Positions 38,407 through 52,766 of a stretch of DNA of 64,000 nt are shown here, one piece after another. The stretch lies in assembly GCF_000150275.1 (NCBI RefSeq), contig NW_002060947.1, positions 7,177,880-7,241,879 on the forward strand. Reading direction: 5' to 3'. The translations under genes were made by a program, and so were the position numbers. The notes below the pieces were generated by a model. The model saw nothing but the letters and a program-made list of their open reading frames with translations. It searched no databases and had not been told where the DNA came from. The number at the start of each line of letters is the position of its first letter. Position 1 is the stretch's first letter. This DNA comes from Trichoplax adhaerens (Eukaryota > Animalia > Placozoa).

Positions 38407-41154
38407 ATGCTACCAGGAATAATGCAAATACCGACAAGCTTTGTTCTACATAAGAAAATTTGTTTGGTTCCGTTTTGGATAACATTTCATATCATGGCTA
38501 TAGCGGTTAGCAGCCATCAAAAACTAAGCCACTTGAGTTCTATAACCTTACCAGGAGATATTATTTTAGGAGGTCTTTTTGATATCCATCTGAAATATCA
38601 TGATTTAACTGGTCAATGCCATGAGATCAGTGGCCAAGGTCTGCAGTTAGCTCAGGCTATGATTTATGCTATACAAAAGATTAATAGCGATTCAAAATTA
38701 TTACCAAATGTAACTTTAGGCTATAAAATTAGCGATTCTTGTAATAGTGTCGATGCCACACTTACTCAAGCATTAGCATTCATTAACGATAGACGAGATC
38801 CACTTTATTCCTATGTTCCTTCTTTATCGTTGTGTCCTTTGCATTGCCGATGTAATTCTAAGAACACTGAAAATGAAACGGCAACCAGCAATTTAATCAA
38901 ACATCCTGTAACAGCTGTGATTGGAACGAATGGAAATGAGCAATCTATAGCTACAGCAACATTGTTTAGCACATTTAATATAGCACAAATTAGTTATGCT
39001 TCAACAATAGATAAGCTAAGTAATCGATTAGATTATAAGACATTTTTTAGAACGGTTCCTTCCGATAGCCATCAAGCAGCGGCACTTTTTGATATTATCC
39101 GTTATTTCAATTGGACTTATGTTGCTTTAATTGCTATTGATGATGGTTATGGTAATAATTTGCGCAATGAATTTTTAAAGTTGACCAATGCAAATGCGAT
39201 TTGTGTCCCTATCGTGTTGGATATACCTATTAAATTAACAGCAGAGCAAGCCAAAGGAGTTATTGACGATGTGGAAGAACAAGAACGAATTACTACTATT
39301 ATTACTATTGCATATAAATATCAAGCTCAACAATTGCTACAAGAAGCACAAAATAGAAATTTAACAGGTAAAGTATTTATTGGTGCAACAGGATGGGGTA
39401 ATGCATTATCTATCGTTCAAGATATTCAACCATCCATTCTCGAAGGTGGATATGTTATTTCATTGGAAAATAATTATGATCCTCAATTTTATTCTTATTT
39501 AACGACTCTGACTTCTGAAAACGATATATTTAACGCACGGTTTGAAATAAATTGCAGTAATAGAACTGGAAATTCCACGCTTAGCGATATGTTAACATGT
39601 CATAACGAAGATTTATTCTATCAGAATGATGGTAAAGCAGGATATGTCATTACAGCAGTCCAAGCTGTAGCTCATGCATTACATGCCATACTGAATTGTA
39701 CTGATAAAAGCTGCGATGATATAAATTTCAATCTATTTCCAGCAGATAAATTGATCCCCTATTTGTATAGAGTTTATCTTCAAAATAGTTCATCACCCAT
39801 TTTTAACAGCTATGGTAATGGAATTCCATATTACGTGATTAAAAATTTTCAACGAAGTCATCAAGGTGATCAATTAAAACTACTTGATGTCGGTTACTGG
39901 AATGGATTATCCGAGGAATGCAATAAAAATAAACAGAGTAAATTGATCTGTCAGAGTCCAAAATTAGTTATTAATAAGGAAAAAATTGCATGGTTTAGTA
40001 ATACTGCTAAGCCAGCCATACCGTTATCCAAATGCAGCTTTGATTGCCTTGCAGGTACTCGACGAGTTTATGATCTCGGAAATGTTTGCTGTTGGAATTG
40101 TGTAGCCTGTGATGTAAATCAAATTTCGAATAAAACGAATGCTGATGTCTGTTTTGATTGCTCAAAAACGGAAGAGCCTAATCCTGATAGTACAAGTTGT
40201 ATTGCTAAACCAGTTACTCATGTTCAACCGAAAGATGTTTTGGGTATTGCAATCATCGCTTATTGCGGTTTGACAGTATTCATTCTTCTATGCATTTGGA
40301 TTATTATTATTATCTATCGCTCAGAAATGATTTCCAAAACTTGCACTACATACTATATTTTAGATAATTTCTTATTAATTAGTATTTTAGCTGTTATTAG
40401 TAACACCATCACGATGATGCAACCCATTACTGTTAATTCATGCAATGGGGTATATTTCCTATTATTCTTGAGTATAGCATTTTTAACCGTTGTCCTTATG
40501 ACAAGAATACTACTTTTATGTCGTTTATCACTAGTAAAATCCACTTGGTGTCAGTTATTGAATGATAATTCAGTTGCTATTTGGTTGATGATTATGCTGG
40601 CTCTATTAGCTCTGCAAGCTATTATATTCTTTATGATCCAACAGTTTCTCCCAGTCAGTGTTTCCAAATTTGTTGCTTCCCCTCAAATAATTTATAACTA
40701 CTGCTCTAATAGGCATATCATACGGTTTGCTGTTGCTTTTGCAGTACTAGGTGTATTGATAATAATAGCAATAGTATTAGCTAAGAAAGCTCCAAAGATG
40801 GCCGAAGAATTTATAGAATTACGATGGACCTTTAATGCGCTAGTTGTCATCATGTTAATATGCATTGGAATGATGCCTCCTTATTTAGTTTTACGAGGTC
40901 CTATGCAAGTTTGTGCAATATCTTTAGGCACGACCACAATGGCATTGATTACACTTGTTATTAATTTTGCTTATAAAATATATCATTTAATAAGAAATTT
41001 TAAGAAATCAGTTACCGTTAGAATCAAGCCTAGTGTACTGAACAATCAGCAAAATCACGCAGCCAAATTGAATAGGAATAGCAATATGGGTATCGATAAT
41101 CACATATTTGTCGTCAATACTCAATCTATCGATTCAGCCACTACTGATTTATAG
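38407..41154 (+). CDS. Class C GPCR (CaSR/mGluR/taste-receptor-like), single coding exon
   Basis: 915-aa ORF with Venus flytrap motifs (GDIILGGLF, LLPNVTLGY..DSC, QISYAST, FFRTVPSD, FNWTYV, DDGYG), Cys-rich domain (CS..C..G..CCWNC..C) and 7TM. The true start may be ATG 38422 if 38360-38416 (GTAAGT..TACCAG) is a 5'UTR intron. Confidence 0.95.
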   Translation: MLPGIMQIPTSFVLHKKICLVPFWITFHIMAIAVSSHQKLSHLSSITLPGDIILGGLFDIHLKYHDLTGQCHEISGQGLQLAQAMIYAIQKINSDSKLLPNVTLGYKISDSCNSVDATLTQALAFINDRRDPLYSYVPSLSLCPLHCRCNSKNTENETATSNLIKHPVTAVIGTNGNEQSIATATLFSTFNIAQISYASTIDKLSNRLDYKTFFRTVPSDSHQAAALFDIIRYFNWTYVALIAIDDGYGNNLRNEFLKLTNANAICVPIVLDIPIKLTAEQAKGVIDDVEEQERITTIITIAYKYQAQQLLQEAQNRNLTGKVFIGATGWGNALSIVQDIQPSILEGGYVISLENNYDPQFYSYLTTLTSENDIFNARFEINCSNRTGNSTLSDMLTCHNEDLFYQNDGKAGYVITAVQAVAHALHAILNCTDKSCDDINFNLFPADKLIPYLYRVYLQNSSSPIFNSYGNGIPYYVIKNFQRSHQGDQLKLLDVGYWNGLSEECNKNKQSKLICQSPKLVINKEKIAWFSNTAKPAIPLSKCSFDCLAGTRRVYDLGNVCCWNCVACDVNQISNKTNADVCFDCSKTEEPNPDSTSCIAKPVTHVQPKDVLGIAIIAYCGLTVFILLCIWIIIIIYRSEMISKTCTTYYILDNFLLISILAVISNTITMMQPITVNSCNGVYFLLFLSIAFLTVVLMTRILLLCRLSLVKSTWCQLLNDNSVAIWLMIMLALLALQAIIFFMIQQFLPVSVSKFVASPQIIYNYCSNRHIIRFAVAFAVLGVLIIIAIVLAKKAPKMAEEFIELRWTFNALVVIMLICIGMMPPYLVLRGPMQVCAISLGTTTMALITLVINFAYKIYHLIRNFKKSVTVRIKPSVLNNQQNHAAKLNRNSNMGIDNHIFVVNTQSIDSATTDL

Positions 41155-43432
41155 TATCTATTGACACCAGTAGAATCAAGTAATTGTATGGATAAATGTT
41201 TTCCTTGTCTTGAATTAATTCATGTTTAGTAAAAACTAGGCATACCTTTGGCATAGTGGTCGTGATAAAGAGTATTCACGGTATACTTGAAGAACTATTC
41301 TTTGTAAGTTATAAATTGAACTTAGCTTATTGCAATGCCATTATTGTCTATATTATTACCTGTGATCTGAGGAACGCTTAAAAATTGATTTCGTCTTGAA
41401 TTAGCAGGTATGAATGACTATTATATGTCACTGGAATTCTTCTTCTACCATAAAAATGTATTCTGAGATAGCGTAATTTAATTGATCGATTTCAAAATAT
41501 TAGATTTTATTATTGTATGATAGCAAGTTGCTTTTATGATTTCAATTTGATGATGTATAATTGATATGGAATCAGATTATTTAATATTTTAGTTCAATTT
41601 TATATTTTATAATTGTAATTTTTTATGAAATGAGCTTGTTTAGCATCTTATTTAATCTAAAGTTGTTGAAGAAGAAATAATACAGTATATTATACTCTCT
41701 AACTATGCAAATATACATCAATATGCGTAGGATAATAAAGAGTGTGCCAGTTATTAATAGACTTTGTAGCCTCCTATCAAATATACCGAAATTGATTCGA
41801 AATTTAGTCGGTTAGCTACGGATACAACTTGGTAGAATTCATCGATAAGAGGATTGATTAATATGTACTAAATAGATGATCAATGAGTGCTTAAAGTATT
41901 AGGTTTAGGGTTTTAAAGTATCACTTAAATATCTGCATCTTCTTATAATTTCTCTTCCTGTACAGCCTGTTATATCCAATCATGGTACGCGATATAAAAC
42001 AAACAAAACTTTTACTACAGTATAATTTAGTCATAAATCCTATATAGAGTTATGCCAATAAGTAATAAGCCATCTGCTGTCGATGATTAGACGACGTAAA
42101 CAGTATATACCGTTGAATATGTCTCCTAAAGTAGTTCCTTCCTGATATTTTATACTATCCTAATTTTCGATAGCAGATAAGATTGCGTGATATACCCTTG
42201 ATGTTTTTCACTTTTGGTAGCGCTATCGTCAGAGTCTAACTCTTCACTCTGCTCACAAAATTCTACTGAGAGAGCCGAGATACAAGCAAATCTTCTAAGG
42301 AAATTCCTTTTTTAAGTATTATGATGTATTCTTATCTATTATAGGAGAGAAATAATGTAGTTATCGTTGTAATTATAGCAAGGCATAATTCAACCAATAC
42401 GAATGCGGTCATTTCCTATATTTCTAGTACACTATATCACAGCTCTAGTAGGTAATATCGTAGTACTATAACAGTATACCAAGAAAGCAATTTATCAACG
42501 ACAGTATACTACTACAACTATAGGCAATATTGAATGGTCATAGGGAAATAATTATATGCACATGTTAGCGAATTATTCTATTAAATGGATAAAAGAGCCC
42601 ATTGCGAAACAATCCTAAAGAACCTTGACTTGGATAATCTATGGGCTTATTATAACTCGTATTGAATATGACTCAATGACACCATATCAGAGATGTACTA
42701 CTTTAGCTTTGACGAAATATAGCCATTAGTAGAAGTAGAGAGTAGCCAATAAGGCCTCCAACTGTTTGAATAAATAAGAAATAAATTAGCATGCATGAAT
42801 ATGCAAACGAGTAGCTTGGGATTGGCCAGCCATTCCAGCTAGCCTTGTAATCACGCTATTCGAGATCGTATAGTGTGTCATAGAAGGTATCGCACACTTT
42901 GATACACTATAGTGCTTTTGTATGCACTGCCGCCACCACCCTCCATTCCATGGCCACGGACGCTGAAAGAGGGTAGAGTACAACCTCGCTGTATGACAGT
43001 ATAATGTCTTGCTCATGAGGTAATCAATAAGCAATTTGTATCCATTTTGTGATCGGTATCCATGTGGACAGGATGAGATTTAGCTCAGTGCAAGCAAGCA
43101 GAATTTATTGCACACAGCTTTGCAAAGGTACCTCAGAAATGGATTGCTATGAGCATTTTCTTCGATTGTATTAACCAATTTGAAAGATAGATATTGTATT
43201 ATGCGATATTATTAATTGAAATCTTATAATGATACTTTATTTTGTCAATTTTTTTAGCTCTTAAAGTCATCCACTTGCTCAATTGACGTGATAGCATTGA
43301 TCACCTCTTACAAGGCGTTCAACACTACATAATCCAACTTCTCGGACGTGTATGCAAATCATTTTGGATTGAAAGGCAACGTTATATTAGTGGGCAAGGT
43401 ATAAGAGGCTCATTTTAAAACCATCCTAGGGT

Positions 43433-46310
<2,878 letters not shown>

Positions 46311-46485
46311 ATTATGCGTAGCATGTATTATAAATATACAAGGGCAATATTTATATAATCATATTTTAAAGTTTTTGGCTACAGTTTTATCATTTGAAGT
46401 ATATTCCGAGATGTAATGTAACATATACATGTGAATAAATCGGCTATTGCCCGGGCACAAATTGAAAGATTAGCAATTTTCGACT

Positions 46486-49400
46486 TTATTTCTTAGAATG
46501 TAATAAATGTAAAGCTAATGCTTCATCATCAGCTAGATTATCGTTCCATAACTCGGCATCTGATTTTATTTTTCGTTTCTTGCTTCGATGGCTAAAGCAG
46601 AAGTTAGATATATCAGAAGAAGAGAGTATTTACTTGGCTAGCAACAAAATTTATAACAGAATATGACAAAGTAAAAATAATTTAAACCATTATTTGATAA
46701 ATATGTAACGATTGTAAAGTAGTTCTTGCCTGGTTTCTTCAACTTCTTCATCATTTGGTGAGCTCTCGTAATTTGGTGATAATGTATCAGGGTCATTAAT
46801 TACACCTGTTGACAGGGTCGCTGGTTGATTCTAGTTATAACAGGATGAAGGATTAATAATAATTATTATTTAAATTAAGAATTAATGACGAGATTTATAT
46901 ACCTGTCCAAGACGTCGCTCATTTTTTTCTTTTAGTCTTTTTTTCTGTTTTAAATTAATTATCAAATGCGCAGTTTTAATAACGGCATGCATCTGGTATA
47001 AATGTGTAAATTAATCATTTATGTTAAACCCTTACACGATGTTTTTCTCGAATCTTTTCTCGGTAACTTTTTTTATCTTGTGAGTCAGCCATTTTAATCA
47101 TAGCTTTAGATTCCTTCAAATCTATGCCTCCGACTTCTTCAGGTACATTCTTCAAATCGTTGGCAGGTATAATATTGGCTTCTGTAGAATCCACGGTATT
47201 CTCCGATGTCTGCATTACTCCAGAAACATGGACAGCCTATATAATAGATCAGCATCAATTAATTTTAACGCGCAAACAGCCACGCGTTATAATACTGTGA
47301 AACGTAAATGTATTTGTTACGCACTTCTCCATCGTCATCAAAAATGATCTTCGAGTTCGATTTGATGTTCTTGCGTAAAATTTTCTTTGCAATAGCAGCT
47401 TTAGTCTTTACTTTCTGTACTTTAGATTCCTCTTCATCCAGCACATTCTTTTTAAAAATTGATCAAAAGTAAGTTTATTATAAACTATATAAATCTACAA
47501 TAACAACAATTACAATTATATGCAATTAACGTACTATTTCGGCATGCGTCACATGATGACCGGTTTTTTTTTTGACGAGAAGGTCATCATGTTCTTCTAT
47601 GTCACTTTCATCCTCATCCTCAAAGTCTGCTATTTTAACTTTATTCGTACTTTCGAAATCGAGCGATGCCTTGTCTGCATTTTTGTTATTATTAGAAGGA
47701 CCAATCTTCTTTTCCAGTCTCTAAATATTTTAAGACATGTTCATGATGATAGCAATTCGTATTGGATAGACAGTTTATTGAATTAGTATGGTATATTAGC
47801 TCCCAAACCTTCATAAAACGTATCCTGGGAGGATTCATCAAACCCAGCGATCTGTGTAATTTGTCGAATATGAAGCTTTTAAGTCTTACATAAAGTTACC
47901 TAATATGGATTTCAACACACACTATAAAATCTATCACAGTTGCAAGTAAGACATCAACTAGTTGACCTTGCAAATTCCTCCATAGGTAGCTTGTGCACAT
48001 CAAAGACATCTTTATTGCCTTGCAGGAAAACGGAGCGAGCATACGAAATACAGCACTAGAAGGGATTTAAAATGGTAAAGTTATAGTTCATACGTTAATC
48101 CTTTGATAGCATCAAAAAATTTAACATCGAAATTCTAATTAATAGTTAAATTTACTTTTTGAGCCCAGTGCTTAATTTCGACATCCTTCACGCACAATGC
48201 TTCTAACTTTTTACCAATCGACATCAGCTTGCTTGGATTTACACTAACGTGGGAATAAACGAGTAATACTTAGCGTTAGCGCGACAATTTATTGACCGAA
48301 AGCATGTCATTATAAATCCAACCGAATAGATGTTAAATTTAATTTTTTCTTTTTCAATTCCTGTAACGACAATAGAAGGTAATTTTAGCATCTCATAAAG
48401 CGCTATAAAATTCTCCTATTGCAGTTATTTGTTCATTTACCTCAAGCATACCCTCTTCTTCTGATGGGAGCAAAACAAGTAATGCTTGACCATCTTTTTG
48501 GTATCTGTGATATAACAGGAATGTGATTTAGACAAGAAATACAGTAGTGCCGTACAGGAGAAGTATCGGCTTTAAGACAAACCTCGCAGTTCTTCCAGCT
48601 CTATGAATATATGTATTTGCATCCTCCGGGCAATCGAGCTGCACAACCCAGTCTACAGCTGGGAAGTCTAGTTACGGTGTTTAAGATTGGAATAGATTTA
48701 GTAATATAATTACGTGCCTCCGCTAGCCTTATAATTTAATCATTTACCTAGGCCTCTTGCGGCAATATCTGTTGCGAATAATACAGCTTCAGATCTTCGA
48801 CAGAATTCGTTGTAAATAGCCATTCGTTTCAGTTGCTTCTGTTTGCCATACAGCGCTAACAGTGGTATACCAGGACGCAATCGCCGGAAAGCTTCATAAA
48901 CAAATTTTACCTAACAGGAATGGAAATAAAATTATGATAGCTGATATGTAATAGGTATTTAATTGAATTGAAAATTTATTATTGTGATCCTACCTGTTTA
49001 CAGCTAGACATAAATATTAAAATTTTACTTTTTATATGATTTCTTATGAAAGAAAACAGCAAGTTCATTTTGTCTTGTAACTCACAGACCATATAACTCT
49101 ATACGAATTATGACCAATTCAAATATAGATAATTTAGGATTTCATATATATATAAAGTTACAACGTTTCATAGAGCTTACCTGCTTTAATCTGCTCGGTG
49201 TGCTTGATGTAGAATTCTCATGCACAGATACGTACGCTGGCTCCTATTATTGTAAAGTCGTTATCATTAGTATTACAATTTTTGAATCTCCTGCATGTAC
49301 TGGGTAATAAGGATACTTACGTTTAAGCTCAACCTTGCTAAATCCTTCACAGATCTATTGTGAAATTATAAACACAGTAAATAGTGGTAATTGTAAAAAT

Positions 49401-51899
49401 TTCTTAACGCTGATTCGATCTAGGACAGAATTAAAATTGATCATTCTAATTTATTGCGAGCAATTAGTAAACTAACTTAGTTTGCGTTGCCGAGAATAAT
49501 AAAGTTTGACGTTCATCAGGAATATTTTCAAGGATAGCATTCATAGTATCCGCGAATCCCATATCTAATATTCTATCAGCTTCATCCAGCACTATTAATC
49601 CGAACGTATTTAAACATATAGCGATACAATGTTAAATATAATATAACTTGTTTACTTATTAAATGATGTCATTGCAAGATTTCTACCTAATAATTGTAAG
49701 TTATTGCAATCAAAGTTCGGTGTTTCATCCATGTGCTGCAGTAGGCGACCAGGTGTGGAAACAATAATGTTAGTAGCTATTATGCTACGTTGTTCTTCTT
49801 CCATACTCTTTATGAAGTAATAAATTGTTTTGAATATAATTTAATAACTATAAACTCTTAAGGTTATTGAAATTAAGCTACAGCGACTTTTAATACAGTC
49901 GATCAGGTGAAAATAATAGATGATATGCCAGCTAGCAAAATCTAATTCTAACCTTTCCACCTATGACTAAGCCAGCAGACATGTCATGTTTTTTACCAAT
50001 TTTTCGTAAAACCTCGAATGTCTGATAGGCCTATTCACATTTATTAAAATAATAATAATAATAACAATATAAATAACTCTTTTTCAAATACGACTGTTTT
50101 ACCTATCATCTATAAAGATCTACAAACCAATTCTCGCGTTGGGGAAATGATTATAGCACCAATTCCATCCATAGAAGACCATTTCTGCTGCCACAATAAT
50201 TCTAGTATCTAGTACAATTAGGGATGATATATTAAATATCATAACATTGAATATACATTGCACGAATTTCACTGTTAACTGGACTATATTTCTTATTGTT
50301 TGTATTATTATGATGAGAATTTTTCTATAGCTCACAGGTATGATAAAGGCTAAAGTTTTGCCAGAACCAGTTTTCGCAGCTCCTAACACATCACGACCAG
50401 ATAAAGCAATAGGTATTGATTCTTTCTGAATTTTTGTTGGAATCTCGTACTTTGCTTCTTTCAAGGCTAGGTATAATAACAGAATAAATACATGAATAGA
50501 TGACATCGGTTAATTCTATCTTTTGTATAGTTCTTCCTAAGCAACGTTCTATATAGACTATGTAGTTTTTTCGATTTAATTCATATATAATATTTGTGGT
50601 AAACTGAAATAGTATGGCCTACTTGAAGCAATTTTCTACTAGGACAGTGCCGTCGTATAGTAAGCAAACTGTGAGGGAATTGCAGCAACGCCATACCATG
50701 GTTTTAGTTAGTGAGTAATATATGGTATGTATAACTTTTTCAACTTATTTAAGACGGTAATGTAGCACATTAATGTATACGACATTTGATCTAATAATCC
50801 AAGTAGTGAAGGTATTCCATACCAATTTGAGTTCGTGATGAAAGAGGAAAGTCTGTGAATTCTTGAGGATTTTCCACCGAAATCTACAATGGGGAGTAAT
50901 AGATGTAAAATGATTTATATGAGTTAATGAGAATAACTTAAGATATCATGTTCCATTGATACTGCACCAATGATTGAGATCAAATAAATTTGTGTCTATC
51001 TGACATGGACAGATTAGCAAATCCTTACAAACGATAAATATACTGGAGTATCACCACGTTATACAAGTCAATCAGTTTGGAACCAGTAGCATACATGCAA
51101 ACCCGTCAGAATATTGCTATCATTACTACTGGGGTTAGCTTGCGCTACAGCAGCTACTCCATACTATGGCATCAACTTCGTTTCAATATACAGTTTATTC
51201 ATTATTATCAACTAGCAATTGATATTATACTGTCCTAGCTAATATCCATTTCACTGCTAATCATTGCAGTAGCTCGTAACATTATCAAATTTAGGAGTTC
51301 CATACAGCAGAGATACAGTATTCCTATCTTGCAAAATAATGCCTGTACTCCGTCTAATGGCGTCATTAATGAGGTAGTGATATAACTTTATGTAATACTT
51401 GTTAACTTATGGAAATTTGGCTATTGATGATACCTGGAAGTAACAACCTAATTATACGACGTGGTGTTCTACGTGTACAGTAGTTCATTTATGGTTGTAT
51501 CAATTGGACATGGCAATGCTTGGAGACAACTTCAAAGTTGGGTCATCATTCCAAGACTGTAATCTTGTCCAATATGAATATATTAAATGTACTCGTTAAC
51601 ACGCATTTTGTAACGAATTCATATTACACCAGCTATGATGGAGGAGAAATGCCTTGCTTAACAATTATCTGCATAGCTTTTGCTTATTTAAGCTATATAG
51701 CTCGACAAGGGACAATTCTGCATCAAAGTCTAATCATGGATCAAATTGTTTGCATACTTGTGCAATACACTCGTCTAAGATCAGTTTTGCCTTTCTATAT
51801 CACTATTAGACTTACATTTTTACACAGTTGCGTATATTTTTCGATCTCTTCATCGTCAGCGAATCCCTTTTTCTTCTTGGAGTCCTTCTTAGAAGCCAT
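46486..51899 (-). CDS. DDX10: DEAD-box RNA helicase DDX10/Dbp4, 23 exons
   Basis: Exons (minus): 51899-51816, 50883-50823, 50466-50336, 50208-50128, 50030-49953, 49807-49687, 49591-49477, 49354-49321, 49243-49181, 49098-48994, 48910-48748, 48667-48583, 48504-48441, 48360-48323, 48243-48156, 48055-47967, 47851-47809, 47720-47535, 47447-47325, 47236-47036, 46944-46903, 46830-46730, 46591-46486. Motifs [39 protein letters not shown]; DDX10-type [24 protein letters not shown] and C-terminal [10 protein letters not shown]. Confidence 0.95.
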
Positions 51900-52766
51900 T
51901 GTGGACAAATTAGGTATGCTGCCGAGCCACTTTGCAGGCTGGAAGCCTTGGTGATGCCGGGAGGTTATAGAATACTGTATTGCATGTGCTTCCTGTCCAT
52001 ACAATTCCAACAAGGTGCTAAACTACGAGTCAATACTGTATTGGCTGAACTCATGAATAGGCTACTATATTGGAAAGCGTCGTATACAGACAGCCCGGAC
52101 ACAGGGATGCCTCGACAGGATCGCATGCAGTCTAGTACAGTCAACTTAAAGTGTTGTTAAAGTACAGTAATACATTGGGCCACAAGTACGTGTATCGTAC
52201 ACTACACTGTGGTTAAAGGGATCGCAAACTCGAGGTTGTACCGTAGATGTCATACGACCCCAAGTGAAACGACTATCGCACGAAGCACTGGTAGAAATTA
52301 CTATGGTCCTCAAGTACAGGTCGAGGTTCTATAGTAAAGCAGTCAAAGCGAACGGGCTGTATGAGCTGCAGAAGACACCCTTGCAAATGACGACAATGCT
52401 CGTGCGCAGATCGAGCACTCGAGCATGACAACCGAAGTGAGATGTACAGTACAGTATGAAGCACTGGTGGGTGTCGCTCTGGTCGAGCTGACGCATTTCT
52501 TAGCAACCTTGCATCGATTAATCGCTGCAAAGCAAACCGGCGACAAGCTTAAATCCATCATGCGCTCCCTAATCCTGTAAACGCATATTAGATACAGCAT
52601 TGAGTGTAATCTATGCTCTAAAGATTACTAGGAAATCGTTACCAAGATCGCAAGACTTTGCTGCGAGAAGGGAAGCCGTTATTGCTTCTGGCGGATAGTG
52701 AATTGGATTGATGCAAGACGTGCAAAGTAGCTAGCCAGCTCGCTCGCTCGCTCGCTCAGCTCAGTA
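51900..52766. promoter_or_regulatory. Probable bidirectional promoter region between DDX10 and TAF1B
   Basis: 867 bp between divergent ATGs, visibly richer in GC and CpG than the intergenic background. Confidence 0.6.
52738..52757 (+). repeat. (GCTC)5 microsatellite just before the TAF1B ATG
   Basis: gctcgctcgctcgctcgctc-agctcagta-ATG. Confidence 0.9.

Noticed and set aside
42786-43034. 82-aa minus-strand ORF in a GC-richer patch
   Set aside because: Non-ATG start and no recognisable domain; better explained as promoter or 5'UTR sequence upstream of TFB1M.
50884-51815. Intronic C/D snoRNA in DDX10 intron 1 (minus-strand ATGATGA at ~51543-51549)
   Set aside because: No CTGA box D within the following ~180 nt; no convincing C/D pair seen in TFB1M introns either.
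51520-52600. ORFs 51520-51954, 51828-52160, 52273-52530, 52343-52600
   Set aside because: They overlap DDX10 exon 1 or the GC-richer divergent promoter, where stops are rarer; no motifs.
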